A stretch of 58,191 nucleotides of DNA, filler included, from Streblomastix strix (taxonomy: Eukaryota): NCBI GenBank assembly GCA_008636045.1. It is 2 parts of 2 records of this genome, joined end to end, with 100 filler letters (N's around TTAATTAATTAA, not from the genome) between each part and the next. Parts side by side here need not be neighbours in the genome. Positions count along the whole stretch, not along the records: positions 1 to 29,056 come from SNRW01000109.1; positions 29,157 to 58,191 come from SNRW01000110.1. One strand, written 5' to 3'. A program made the translations under genes and the position numbers. This document shows positions 14,401 through 29,450 of this stretch, piece by piece. Within the stretch, counting starts at the first letter, position 1; each line of letters opens with the position of its first letter. A model generated the notes under the pieces. The model was given only the letters and a program-made list of their open reading frames with translations. It did not search any database and was not told the origin of the DNA.

Positions 14401-16041
14401 GAAAGCAGATATCAAAGACTATACTACAAATGTGGGATTAATTAATGACATTGTTGGTTAATCTGTGAAACACAATCTGAGTCCAATTTCAGTAGTTGAT
14501 TCTAAAGGAGGTGTTGTAATGAGCTTAGAAAAAGGAGGTCCAATAACTGTAGAGAATTGAGATGGACACATTAATTGGGTGTAATACTCAAACCATGCAA
14601 CTGCGAGTTCAGGAAGAAACTGAGCATTAGGAATAATTTGAAGGAGAAAGTTACTTGCTTCAACTCCAGGCAATATACGAATGTTCTCAAGAATAACTTT
14701 CAAATTAGTTCTCCTTGGAGGTGATTAAATGTCTGGGAATAAGGATGAATCTTTAAATTATGTCTCCCCATTGTCAGTTTAAAATATTTATTTATTTGCA
14801 GTTGTCTTTTACTGATTAATTGTTACAGTTGTAGAGTCATTATTAGCTTCATTCCTCTATTATGGTCTAAATGAAGTCTATTGAGGGAGCATCTACCAAC
14901 TCAAAGGAGGAGGTGACTAAGAAGGTGGAGATGAAGCCACTTATTCTTATACTAATTATTGAGTACTCCCTTAATATGCATTTGTAACTGATATACGACC
15001 AGGTATTCCAGATATCATTTATATCAGTGCAAATGGAGGGCGAGGAAGAATATCCTGTGGTGCATCTTACAATAAGATTTATGTCATTATTAGTCTGTTC
15101 TCATTCTTTTAACTTCTCACAAGTAGACGGAGGAAATAAAATACAATTTATAGCACAGCTCTACGACGCTCCAAAATACGAACTAATTCATCTTCTATTA
15201 AAGATAACTTCTTTTTTATTGTGTGTAACTCAATAGGAGATAGTATTTGTATAATACTAGCAGCAGCATTTGCAAATGATCCATGTCCTAATAGTAATTA
15301 TGATGCAGATGTTGGTTAGAAGATAAAATTATGCAGAGTATTTGGATGAGCTCCATCAGTTGGTGATGTTGATTTCTTCTTCTGTTCAATAGATTTGCTT
15401 GATAGAACTGGAGGTTGTGATTTAGTGGTTAATAATCCATCTTATGAAGAATCTTGCTCTTAATGTGAAGCAACTAGACTATTAAGGATGTTCTTAGGAT
15501 TAATAGTAGCTATTGCTATACTCTTGAATTCATTAATATACATACGAAGTGCATATGTGTTAGTTGTGCTCTTTTAACTGTGTTTCAAGGAGAGTTATGA
15601 TAGTGATGGTAATAATAGGTTATCTGCATGGGTTGGTGTTGGTGCATGAATTTTCTCTTTTAATGTTAATGAAGTTGCAAATGAACCAGTGAATGCCGAA
15701 TATTATTGAGATTAGGGATCGTACTGAGTATGGGTGTGACTATCTAATCCAAGTGCTATTTCAGCAGGTGAAAGAGATGGGTCAGTCATTGAATTGTCAA
15801 TTAAGTTCTACACCTTTCTTATATCCCACAGTCTCCCAAGTTAATATCTCTGGCAATAGGCTGATTTTAATACGGCTTTCAGGCAAGAATCAAATAAATA
15901 CTGAATTCCTTTGCTAGACTCTCCTTTCTTTGATGGAATAATATTTGCAGATTATATCAACTTACCCCATCTAACATCTTAAAATTTATCTAATTTTATA
16001 GCTTCTTCCAAAAAGGTCTCAACAAAATCGGGCTCGGTCAT
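2457..16041 (-). CDS. Giant UBR1/2/3-family RING E3 ubiquitin ligase (~4,500 aa); exons 16041-2645 and 2589-2457
   Basis: All minus-strand ORF fragments from 14703 to 2935 that give conserved sequence share one frame. Family motifs: FSIHSPLHRMFAY, EPLQIHLTFAQLFSGRLWQHNG, split RING CALCQ (9042-9028) ... TCGHVVHQEC ... EFNCPTCKRISNTLLP (5847-5668), and C-terminal LVSLPLSFDDL...CPQC...LCLACGRKIC...CC. GT-AG intron 2644-2590, TGA at 2459-2457. Frame spot-checked, not every codon. The start codon is the most plausible ATG. Confidence 0.85.
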
Positions 16042-16526
16042 CTGATAAGAAAATGGATATAATAATTATTAAATAAAATCAAGGAAAGCGTGATCAAATA
16101 AAAATTAAAGTTCAATAATTATAATGCCGGGAATTGCAATCAAAAGGAGAAATTCTATTTGGAGATAGAAAACTGAATTTTTATCGCTGGTGGGCTATCA
16201 AAGTGATATTTAAGATATAGATATTTGTTTAATATATTGATAAGCGTGATTTGAAACCACTGGATAGCTTGGCTGAATAGTGTATCATACAAATTTTCTT
16301 GGTAATGGGAATTTTGCCCAGAATCACCAGCTTCCCATTTTTGGAATTTTGAAAAGGAAATTTTGTAATTAATATATTGAAATTAATATTTTTCAATATA
16401 TTTAAATTTTACACTCGGTTTATGTTGTATTTTTACTCGTCATTTGATTTTGAAAAACGAAGTAAGGTTATATTCGTTTGCAGAGGACTAAAATCGTTCT
16501 GTGTATGTTATTTCTGATTTTCAAAA

Positions 16527-18735
16527 TCAATTAAGCAATGAATTCACAATAACATTCGTGTTCAATAATCGAATATCAGTGTACGACTACCCAATGCCTA
16601 CAAACACGATAGGATGCCCAGTCTCATAAGCCATACTTAATGCAGCACCAACCTTATCATCAATTGTATCAAACTTAGTCAAGATGATTCCATCAACCTT
16701 ACGAGGTCCCTGTATAACTGAGCCTGTTGATGTAACTGAACTGATAATGGAACTTGCTCCTCCTTTGTATCCATCTAACATCTTCTGATCAAAAGTGCGA
16801 AGTTAATCAACTCCGTCATTTCCTGCAAGTGCTTCACCAACAAATAACACTAAATCTGGATTATTGTGATACACAAGATTAGTCAGTGCCTCCATCAGTA
16901 ATTTATTTTCTTGCATTCTTCCTGCAGTATCAACTAGAATGCAATCATATTACTTAGTTTTTCCATAATCAATTGCATGCTGACATACTATACTTGGGTC
17001 CTTACCATATCCTGATTCAAAAAGATCAATATCAAGTCGAGTAGAATGCACACGAAGCTATTCAACTGCTCCACTGCGGAATGTGTCACATGCAGCGATT
17101 AATACTTTCAAATTGTTCTATTTGAGATACAATGCCACTTTTGAAAGACTTGTTGACTTCCCAACTCCATTGACACCACAGAATACAATTACATACGGCC
17201 TCCAATTACCAACATTCCCTCCTGTCTACTTCTGTTGTTAATCTCTCTACTCTTGAATGTGATGAATGTCTGTAAGAATATTAATGTTACGTGAGGGCGT
17301 CATTATTCTCTCAAGAGATACTTACATTGATTCTTTAATGATTGATGACATACTTGAGAATCTTCCTGCTTTCTTTCCTATAATTGATGCAATTACTGAT
17401 TCACAAAGCTGGTTTGCAATGTGAGTGGCTACATTTTTGTTGATAAGAGCATCACGAAACTTGTCCATTGGAACAATGAGATCTTCTTCTTTGATCTAAT
17501 AAATGTTATTATAATTAGAGAATAATAATTAATAATATAATTAAAGAATAAATGTTATTATAATTAGAGAATAATTAATAATATAATTAGAGAATAATAT
17601 AATAATAAAAACAAACCACAACATCGCTGAAACTAAAGAATCTCATTAATCCTCTTTTAACTCCACTTTAACTCTTAATCTTCCCTTCAAACTTCTTTTA
17701 TTGATATCCAATATTTGATCCTTTCTTCTTCTTCTTCTTCTTATTCTTCTTATTCTTCTTCTTCTATTCATCTTTCTCAATTAATACATCATCTCCTTCT
17801 TCTTCTTCTAATGAATCATCTCCATCAATGAATTCATTTGAGCCTTCTTCATCTGTTGTCTCATCTCCTGATTTAGTAGAGAGGAAATCCCAATCATCTA
17901 AATTAGTCTTTTATTCTGAATCATGCATTTATAGAAGATCTTTCTCAGACATTGTATTCTATCTCTATATATCTTCAAGATGACCCAAATTCTGATCATC
18001 AAGATTCACCTTAATAATTTAGTCATCCCATGTCCTGTTCTCCTTCATTGATTTCTTCTTCTTCTTTGCTTCTTTTTCTTTGATGGACGTTATGGAAGGG
18101 ATTGAATTCTTATTCTATTGTAAGTCTTAAGCTATTGAGATTACTTCAGAAGGGGTGCTTTAAATATCTTAATTCACATTATGGACATTTTTCTTCCTTT
18201 TCTTCTTTGAAACTGAATTTGTTTGTTTTGTTGAGTCTGAATTATTATCTGATGATTATTGTTCAGAATCACTCTCTATACTCTTTATCTACTTAATTAA
18301 TTAGTAAAATGTGTTTAAAGTATAAAGTATAAACAAATTAATCAATTAAAAATAAAATACCTTATCTTTAGGCATAAAATCTTCTACTATAGTGTCAAAC
18401 TCTTTCGTGAAATCAAATGTTGGTTTGAAAGTTGGTTTTTTGCCCTCAAGAAGCACGTAAAAACGATCTTTAACTTTTCCAATAAGCTCTTATGCATATG
18501 TGAGGTTGGTAACGAACTAGTAGTATATAACAATAAAAAATAGCTCAAGCTTAACATCTTCCTACCATTCCATTTTAAGTTTGTCTACTTCAAAAGATGT
18601 ATTTCCTTTGCGCTCTTCAATGAATATTGACTATATAAGTGCGTTGATATATTTATTGAATTTATCTAATTAATTATCCTAAACTGACCACAAAACGAGA
18701 CCACCGCGGTTCGCTATCGTAAAATTTGATATCAT
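16527..18735 (-). CDS. SRPRA: Signal recognition particle receptor alpha subunit
   Basis: N-terminus [16 protein letters not shown] (SRX/longin). NG GTPase motifs [65 protein letters not shown]. Introns ~18360-18292 and 17616-17496. TGA at 16529-16527. Confidence 0.95.
17498..17605. repeat. Tandem duplication inside SRPRA intron 2
   Basis: AATAAATGTTATTATAATTAGAGAATAAT... occurs twice, followed by a partial third TATAATTAGAGAATAAT. Confidence 0.7.
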
Positions 18736-19043
18736 GTCTTCAAAGTGAAAAAAAAAATAAATTCAATAAATTAAAAATGGTTTGAAATTAATTAATATTG
18801 ATTAAATATTATAAAATATATATAAATTTTAAATAATAAAATTGTATAGAGTGTAGCAAGAGTAAGAATTAGCAAAATAATTTCTCCTGTGCTTATTATG
18901 AACACTAACATTGCCATTGTGGTGAAAAAATTATTGTAAAACATATAGCAAATACTTTATAATACACTTTAGAAAAGAATTACAGACAAATAATACGTAA
19001 TTATTGTGTATTGAATACAAAATCCAATCCTTCACTAAATAAT

Positions 19044-21114
19044 TCACCGTTCGCCATCTTTGAAAATGTTATTCTACTAATTGAATTATGAAACATTACT
19101 AGAATTATTTTAAATATTGGCATTATTTGTAGTGTTTGTGTTGGAAGTATTATTTGTGTTGGAAGTATTATTTGTGTTGGAAGTATTATTTGTGTTGGAA
19201 TTAGGAAGTTATACTGATTAAATCTATTGCAACATTGACTATAAAGAATTCATTTGTGATGCAACTCCAGGTCCAAACATTGAACTTGCAGACTCAAGAC
19301 GAACACGCTCTAATATAGCAGCTTCTCTACGCTCTTATTCTCTAGCAGATTCTTCTAAGATGTGTCTAATCTATTCATCCTCTTATTATTACATTTATGC
19401 TTCAAATTCAAGACGAGAAGCTTCAAGAGCATCTTGAGTCATTCTTTATAGGTCAGCATCTGTTATATTAACTGCTCCTGTAGTAGATGAAGACTAAGCT
19501 AAAGGAATACCTGATGTTGATGATTAGTTACTGCTATTATTTCCTTATATTCCACTTCCAGCCAATAATATACTTTCTTATAATGCAGATGCTAGTTCAG
19601 GATCATCTTCATCAATGTGTGATTAATGAGAAACAGGTTATTCCTATTATTCATTCATAATATTTATATTACTTCTATTCCTTTATTATCTTAACTCCAT
19701 AAGTCTCTGAGCTTCTTACATCTGAATCTATTATATTTATTGTTATAATCTTCTATCTTCCTGTTACTCTAATTCCTTCATGCTCATCTCTGCTGCTAAG
19801 GCTATTTCAGCTGCTTCATCATCATTAACAGCAGTAATACTACTAGATGCACTTTATCCTGGTGCATGAACATTAGACAGACTTGCCTGAATTGCTTATT
19901 GTAATTCATTCTGCATTTATGTCTCATTAGCAACTCTTTATCCTTCTTCTTCTCTAAGTCTTCTTCCAAGTGCATCAACAAGTCTTTATTGTAATTATCT
20001 GTTAATTACATTCTCATCTGTTGTAATTGGTTGTGAATCAGATTGAGTGTTAGATTCTATTTATTAAGGTAAGCTATAAGGAAGACATAATAGACATCCA
20101 CATGCAGGAATATGATTAGGTCTATTTCTCATTGAATTTGACTATTATATTGGTTATTGAGATGATGATGATGATGGAGATGATGATGATGATGGAGAAG
20201 GAGGTTATTGTTGTGATGATGATGATTAAGATGAAGGTGAAGGAGATCGAGATTGAGTTGCTGTTCCTTCTACAAGAGATGGAATAATAACTAATTCATT
20301 CTCATCCTTATATCTAACCAATGCATTGCGCTGAATAAGGAAGATAATAAAAATAATTAGTAATAGAATTTAATTAATAAATACAGCAAACTCCAATTCC
20401 TACTAATATATTCTTATTTCGCTAAAGAATTACATTGAAATGTGAATTGAACTGATGTGAAATAACAATAGGATCTGACTATGGAGATACATTCTCTGCA
20501 GATATTGTGATAACAGGAGCATTTGGAACATCAGAATAAACAACAATGGGTCGATCAACAAGCCACGATACAGCATGCATTTCTAAATTAGATCCAAATA
20601 CTCCATTCTGAATTGTATTTTGAAAATATCTAATAAATGACTCAGACGATAAGAATTGTGCATAATAATCTGAAAATGGTTTATTGAGAAAATATTCAAA
20701 TTAATTCGTAAATAAAAAAATGGAAAAAAGATTTGTAAAGTATACCACTTTTTAAAAGCATAAAACTACCAACGATTGTACGTATATTTCTGTGTTGATT
20801 AACAGGATTTCCAAAAAGGTACATGCTAATTGATCGATAAAAACAGTTCTAACAAAAAATTAAATGAAAAATAAGGTATTATAGTAAGTAATTAATACTC
20901 CATCGCCCTCAATGAACTTTATTTCTCGTCCAATCTCATCTAGTCTTCTGTTAAGGTCAGCTTCTCTCCTCCTCATCTCTTCAAGTTCTGCTTATTCCTC
21001 AGCTGACAAAACACGCCTCTAATTCTATCCATCTTCATCGCTCTCTTCTTCTTCTGAGTTTTATCTCCTTCTCTTGCGCTTTAAAGCTCGTTTTTCTGTT
21101 ATATTTATGGGCAT
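19044..21114 (-). CDS. OTU-domain deubiquitinase (OTUD5-like) with several UIM-like motifs
   Basis: Spliced catalytic motif IEGDG|NCFYRSIS, then FGSNLEMHAVSWLVDRPIVVY and His box PHFNVILQ...VGIG. UIM-like helices AAEIALAAEMSMKE, DPELASALQES, DALEASRLE, HILEESARE. About 3 introns. ATG at 21114, TGA at 19046-19044. Confidence 0.8.
19136..19200 (-). repeat. 18-bp coding tandem repeat (SNTNNT)x~3.5
   Basis: TGTGTTGGAAGTATTATT repeated on the + strand near the C-terminus of the OTU gene. Confidence 0.85.
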
Positions 21115-22156
21115 AGTCTTCTAAAAATAAAAGGGAAAATCAAAAAATAAATTTTTTCTTAAAAAAGCAATATATAATGAAAATTGATGCGTAAAAAAAA
21201 TTTGTTAAAAAAAATTGTAAAGCAAAGAATGTATTTTCGACTATGGCAAATTAATATACGGTGTTTGTGTTTCAAAAATGTTATAAATATAATTATATTG
21301 TGTTTTTGATGTGAAATTCAATCCGTGAACCAAACAATGTGATGAAACGTGAGTTTATTATTATTGTTTTAATTTTATGTTCATAGTTAACTTAAATGTA
21401 AATATATTAGTAAATCAATTTATAATTTAATTATAAATATTTATTAATCGCACAAATAATAAATAAGATTATATAATCAAAATTACATATATAATAAAAA
21501 AAGATGGAGAAAAACGATATTTAATTATTTTTATCTTAAAATATATAACCATCTTGTTAAACAAAAAAGGATTATAATTTAAAGAATTTTGGATCAGTTC
21601 TACTTAAAATAAAATAAAAAACATGCTATTTAAAAGATTAATAAATGTTTTACGGATTAATTTCTTTTATAAAATATTAAAATGAATTTTCTTGAACTAC
21701 TATTAAGTATTATGTTATGAATTTTATCTATTAGTATATTAATGTCACTATAAAAGTAATCATATAATTAAAATAGAAAATTTTAAATTAATTAGGGCTG
21801 AAATCGCGTTTTATGCGATTGAGACATTTAAATAAAATTTCATTTGATGATCAGTTCAATTTGATAGAAAATAAATATATATATTAAAAATAAATAAAAT
21901 TCGAGATAGTAAATATATGTCACACGATAAATAAATTTTTAATGCGTTTTTCTGTTTGTTTTTTGATTTGCAGAGCACGATCAGCAAAGTCTTAAATAAA
22001 TCATATTTTATAAAAATTAAACGTAATAAAGCATTCACTGGAACCGATCAAGAAAGCAGTATTTCTTAGTCTCCATAGCGCCATTAATTGTATTTTTGGT
22101 TTGCAAAAGACGTTGTATCTTTTGTTAATTATTCCTATTCTGTTAATATTTTTTAG

Positions 22157-24532
<2,376 letters not shown>

Positions 24533-24885
24533 TTTGTAGTTAAGAATACTATCATCATTGACAAAACATATATAAGTTTGAAGAATGACTATGAATAGTT
24601 TCATTTTTCTATTTACCTTAATCTTAGCATATTATTCGTTTATTTGTCTGTATTTATTTTTCATCAAACTTCTAACATAAATATCATTTTACACACTTTT
24701 CCAATTCAAAATTAAGGTTATATTTTATTATTATTTTTATAAGGAAATATAAAATTAATTAAATATAGTTAATCTAGCATTTTTTCAGCTTTGAATTGTT
24801 TGATTGTTTATTATATTACATGTGTGATAATGAAATGACATTTGTATGTATTTATTGGTATTGAGCAGATTTATAAATAACTATA

Positions 24886-26377
24886 TCAATGCATGATCAA
24901 TTCATCCATCTTTTTCGTCGTTTTTTTTGCCATTCATATTATCAATTTAAGATAATTTCTATCGAAGTTCAACGTTTTCTTGGCATAACCTATCAAAGTG
25001 AGTGGAGAAACTGTAATAATAAAACAATTTGGAACCATTTAAAACAAAATAATAATGTGGAAATAAATCTGATAGTAAACGATATTAATCTTCATAGTAT
25101 TCATACTTTATATTAGATGAGCGAGCTTCAGCAAGTGCATTTTCATAAGAATTTTTGATTTCTTTAAGAAGATATTCATAATGTGGTGCCAACTGAATAA
25201 CTTAGTCAAAAATTTCTCTGTGTAAATTAAGACTCGCGGAGTTTTAGTTTATTGAATCTGTAAATTCTCGATTTCCAGTTTTATAAAATGAAGATGATTT
25301 TCGAATTTATTTCTAATTTGAGTTCTGTAATTAGCTTAATAACGGTTACTTTAGCGAAATTGCTTTTTAAACAATTTATTCTGCTCTGATTCTTGAATTT
25401 GATTTGGTATTTGTGTTTGATTCTGTCCCAAGTTGTAATGCGATTGTTGCTAATTTACTCGTATCTAAATTACTGTTATTATTTGTATTCATGTTTCCGA
25501 ATATTGAACTTAATGTATTATTTGATTTATAAAGACTGCTCTACTTTTCATCAATTTTTTTTGCTGCCATATAAGGATTATATGTTCGCATTCTGTTTCT
25601 CTTTATTTTGGCTTTTGCTTTTTCATCTTCATTTTCGTTTCCATTATTTTACATTCTTTCTCCATTTATATTTGACAGACCAAGAGATCTCATCTTTTCA
25701 ACCAGTTCTACTTCAATTTACACAATTGGACTTCTAAATCCTCCTCTTGCTCTCCAATCGTCAATATATGATGATGGTGCAGAGTAAATAGAAATTGGTA
25801 ATTGCTTCATGATTTAGTTCGTCTCAGTATTCTTTAAGTTTGATGTTGATTAATGAATTTAAGATAACATTCTTGGAGATTATGAATAAGATAATTCATT
25901 ATTCTATTAGCTGAGTTTACTTTATTCTCGAATTGGTTAGGAATAGTGAGGAATATCAGATAGTCTACTCCTTCTTTTTAAACTTTCATTGGATTTATTT
26001 GTAAATTACATATCTATTTACATATCATTATTCATATCATTATGAAAACTGCTATCTAAAGATCTACGGATTCGTTTTGCTGAATTGACATGTCTAAGTG
26101 CAGACGATCTTGCATTTCGAAGAAATAGATCATCATCTATAGATATACGCTCTGGAATAAGCTGATCAATATCTCCAGAAAATGTATTTGGAGAATCGGA
26201 TACTCTTGGAAATAAATTTACTGCAATTAATTATTATTATGATTATTATTAAGATAATTATTATTATGATGATGATTGTTAAATTTATTATTATTGTTGT
26301 TGTTATTATTATGATGATGATTGTTAAATTTATTATTATTATTGTTGTTGTTATTGTTATTATTGTTATTATTGTTA

Positions 26378-26466
<89 letters not shown>

Positions 26467-28186
26467 GTTGTTGTTGTTGTTATTATTATTATTATTGTTG
26501 TTGTTGTTATTATTATTATTATTATGATGATGATGATGATGATGATAAAGGTATTTATTCTGATTAAGTTTGATGAATTTCTTTTTCTTATTCGTTTTAT
26601 TGATTTTGATTTTTAATTTATGAACTATTATTTATTGGATCAATAATTGGTTATTTCTGTTTATTGTTGTTTATATTTAGTTAGTTTGCATCTTCTATAT
26701 TATTTTCTTTCTTTGATTGCTTGTTGGCTATTTAATTCCTATTTTAGTCCTTTGTAGGAGATTGGTGCATTAATGATGTGATTCGAAGTGATTATGTTAT
26801 ATGAGATGTAAGTGCATTGGCTGATTTGACTCTTTCATTATATCAGTCTTCACTGACTCAAGTTGAGTGAGCAGACATTAATCTTTTTGAATTGGTTTTT
26901 TTGACAACTGCTGTTTAAGGCCTTTTAGAATATATTATTTTTTCTTTCTTTTTTTTCAAATCAAAGTCTTACTAAATATTTGATGGTTATTTTTTCGTTT
27001 AATTATTTTATTAATTATTAATAAGCAGAGAAATTTAATCTATTTCATTTTCATCTGTAAAGTCGTCAACAATTAAATCAAATTCATCCATTATTTATCC
27101 ATCAATAATATTTATTTGTTTATTTTAATATTCATCATAAGTATCTTGATTTTATTATGTTAAATGAAATATATCGAAATCTGATTATTACTCTTATTTA
27201 TTTTCTTTCTTATTTACACGATTTCCAGCTTATGCTGATTAACTTCTATATTTATTCTTTTATTAAGGTGCTATATTTATATATTTGTATTTATTGGGAG
27301 GTTTATTTGTATCTAATCTTAACATTTACTGTTTGTCATTATTCTTTTCTTATTATTATTATATTTCTTATATAACTCCTTCGCTATTATCTAAAAATAT
27401 CCGTTCGTTTTTTATTTTATTCTGAATTTCTTATTCTTATTTAAACAAATTATGTTATTATTATTCCTTTTGTTTAGAATATTCTTATTCTCTTATTTAT
27501 TTATTAGTATTATTTCTCTCGGATTATTATTCTTTTATTCTTGCTTCAATTAAATGGTTTTTTCTTTAATTTTATTTATAATATTAATTTTAATCAAAAT
27601 CATTTTATTAAATGATTTTTTAATTGTACTCATTAATACTTTATGTATTAGTATTATCTTAGCTGATCTAATCAACATTAATTAACTAATTTTGATCTTA
27701 ACTTTGAGTTTCTTTTTCTTTTTATTCTTTTTTTCTCATATCTTAGTTCATTAAAAGCATATCATTCCCTTAAATCACTTCATTCATAATATATCTCGTG
27801 TTGATGGGTGAAACAGAAAATAATGTTGAATATTCTGATCCATATAATAAAGTCTTTATGTCTTTCTTTCGTTTCCATATAGGATCTTTTTTATCTACAA
27901 ATTCTTTTTCAATTGTAATACTTTACCGATTTTTGGAATTTTCTATTATCTTCTTAGTAGATTAACTTAATTTTTTATCAATTGATTTTGGTGATAATTA
28001 TCTTTATCTGTGCTAAATAATTTAAGCCAAAGGCGATTATGAATTTGGTTTCATTATATTATGAATGAGATTATTTGCACTTGTAGATGCCGTCGTTTAT
28101 TTGTTATCACTTCCTTAAGCATTTGAAAAACTGTTTTAAACCCAAAATTTCAACTATTTTACTTGTTGAGATCTTTTTAAGGTCAT
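24886..28186 (-). CDS. Gln-rich low-complexity protein with C-terminal TSNAXIP1_N-like coiled-coil domain
   Basis: One frame from ATG 28186. Near the C-terminus SLNLHREIFDQVIQLAPHYEYLLKEIKNSYENAL resembles the translin-associated factor X-interacting N domain as I recall it (L..YREIFD.....YK.LL..IKN.YE). Probable intron ~25106-24989, TGA at 24888-24886. Confidence 0.6.
26330..26524 (-). repeat. (TAA/CAA)65 trinucleotide tract encoding polyglutamine
   Basis: The + strand TTA/TTG run (65 consecutive Leu in the ORF track) is in frame with the minus-strand gene. It is preceded by (TCA)n poly-Ser and followed by duplicated Q/S units. Confidence 0.9.
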
Positions 28187-29056
28187 TTATCTGAAAAATA
28201 AAGAAAAATAAAGCAAATAAATTTATTAAAATTATCTATTTATGATCTTTTTGCTAATAAAATATCATGTGAATCAGAGAATTTTATCGAAATTAATTAA
28301 TTAATAAATTTTCATAGGTAATGATAATGCTTTGAGTAATGAGATAATGAATATTAATAAAACATTTAGTAAGTTAAATAAGTGTATAAAAAATAAAATT
28401 GTATTTAGAAGTTATAAATGCAATTATATAGCAAAATTTAATGAATTGTAAAAATATAAATTTAAACTTTATTTAAAATATATTTGGACAAAAAAACAAG
28501 AAATTTTAGTCGGAGTAAACAAAAATGCAACGTTTATTTAAAAAAAATTAAAAAATTGTGTTTTATGAAATTGTGAATATAATATTAAAATATTAAAAGT
28601 GAATTAAATTCAATTATATATTATATTTATGAAGTTATTACTATTCAATAAAATATTTAGTTAATTTAAGCAAAATATGAATTTAAATAATTAAAAGCTG
28701 TTTTTGCAGTTATGTTGTTAAACTTTAATTTAATGTTATAAATTAAATAATGTCACATTTAATTGATTATTTTATTGTATTCAAAATAAGAATGCATGGA
28801 AATTTCTTAAATAACCATGGCATTTTAGGCAAAAGTGAAGACAGGCCTGGGAAAATTTTTTGCCTACACGTGCCTCCAAAACAACCCCAGCTCATTCTGT
28901 GAAAAATGCCAAATAAAGAGGTGGTATATCAACAAATTATATATCAGAGCAGATCTGCACGAGCTACAGCTTTTTCTCGTTTTCTCCGTAAAAACTAAGA
29001 ATATTGGTATTCTAATAATATTTTTTTTAATAATGGCTGGGGTTCATGTCAAAATT

Positions 29057-29156
29057 NNNNNNNNNNNNNNNNNNNNNNNNNNNNNNNNNNNNNNNNNNNN
29101 TTAATTAATTAANNNNNNNNNNNNNNNNNNNNNNNNNNNNNNNNNNNNNNNNNNNN
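29057..29156. other. Artificial contig-concatenation linker N44-TTAATTAATTAA-N44
   Basis: Exactly 100 nt and symmetric, with the six-frame stop spacer TTAATTAATTAA at 29101-29112. Confidence 0.97.
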
Positions 29157-29450
29157 CAGAATGATTTGAGGATAATTCAACTTCACTCAAAACTTTCTTT
29201 TCTTTTTCTAACTCCATTTATTTCTTCTTTATTAATGATTGCATCTTCATTAATTTCTTTTTCTTTTTCTTTTAATTAGCATTCATCATATTCATTTATT
29301 ATTATTAATTATCTGTTTCATATTCATCATCATCAGAAACTACAAATATTTATTTATTCTTCATCTCGTCATCTGTTTATCCTTTATTTTGTAAGTCTAA
29401 TTCCATTTCTTTCTCAATATTTTCCTCTTCTTATTCATCAAACTCTATCA
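29157..29450 (-). CDS. Fragment of an E/K/Q-rich low-complexity coding sequence
   Basis: Minus strand reads EFDEQEEENIEKEMELDLQNKGQTDDEMKNKQIFVVSDDDEYE...KKKKKLMKMQ to the contig edge. The frame is closed upstream by TGA at ~29496. Confidence 0.5.

Noticed and set aside
16042..16526. Slightly GC-richer spacer with Sm-site-like T runs, as a possible snRNA
   Set aside because: No U1, U2, U5 or U6 signature recognised. A covariance-model (Infernal/Rfam) search would be needed.
19136..19200. Short direct repeats as a possible CRISPR array
   Set aside because: Head-to-tail 18-mers without spacers, in frame in a eukaryotic CDS.
26182..26616. Poly-Ile and poly-Leu ORFs on the + strand
   Set aside because: Antisense shadows of the polyQ tract in the minus-strand gene.
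28883..29056. 9-bp inverted pair AACCCCAGC/GCTGGGGTT and a possible start MAGVHVKI at the contig end
   Set aside because: Too short to distinguish from chance and truncated by the linker.
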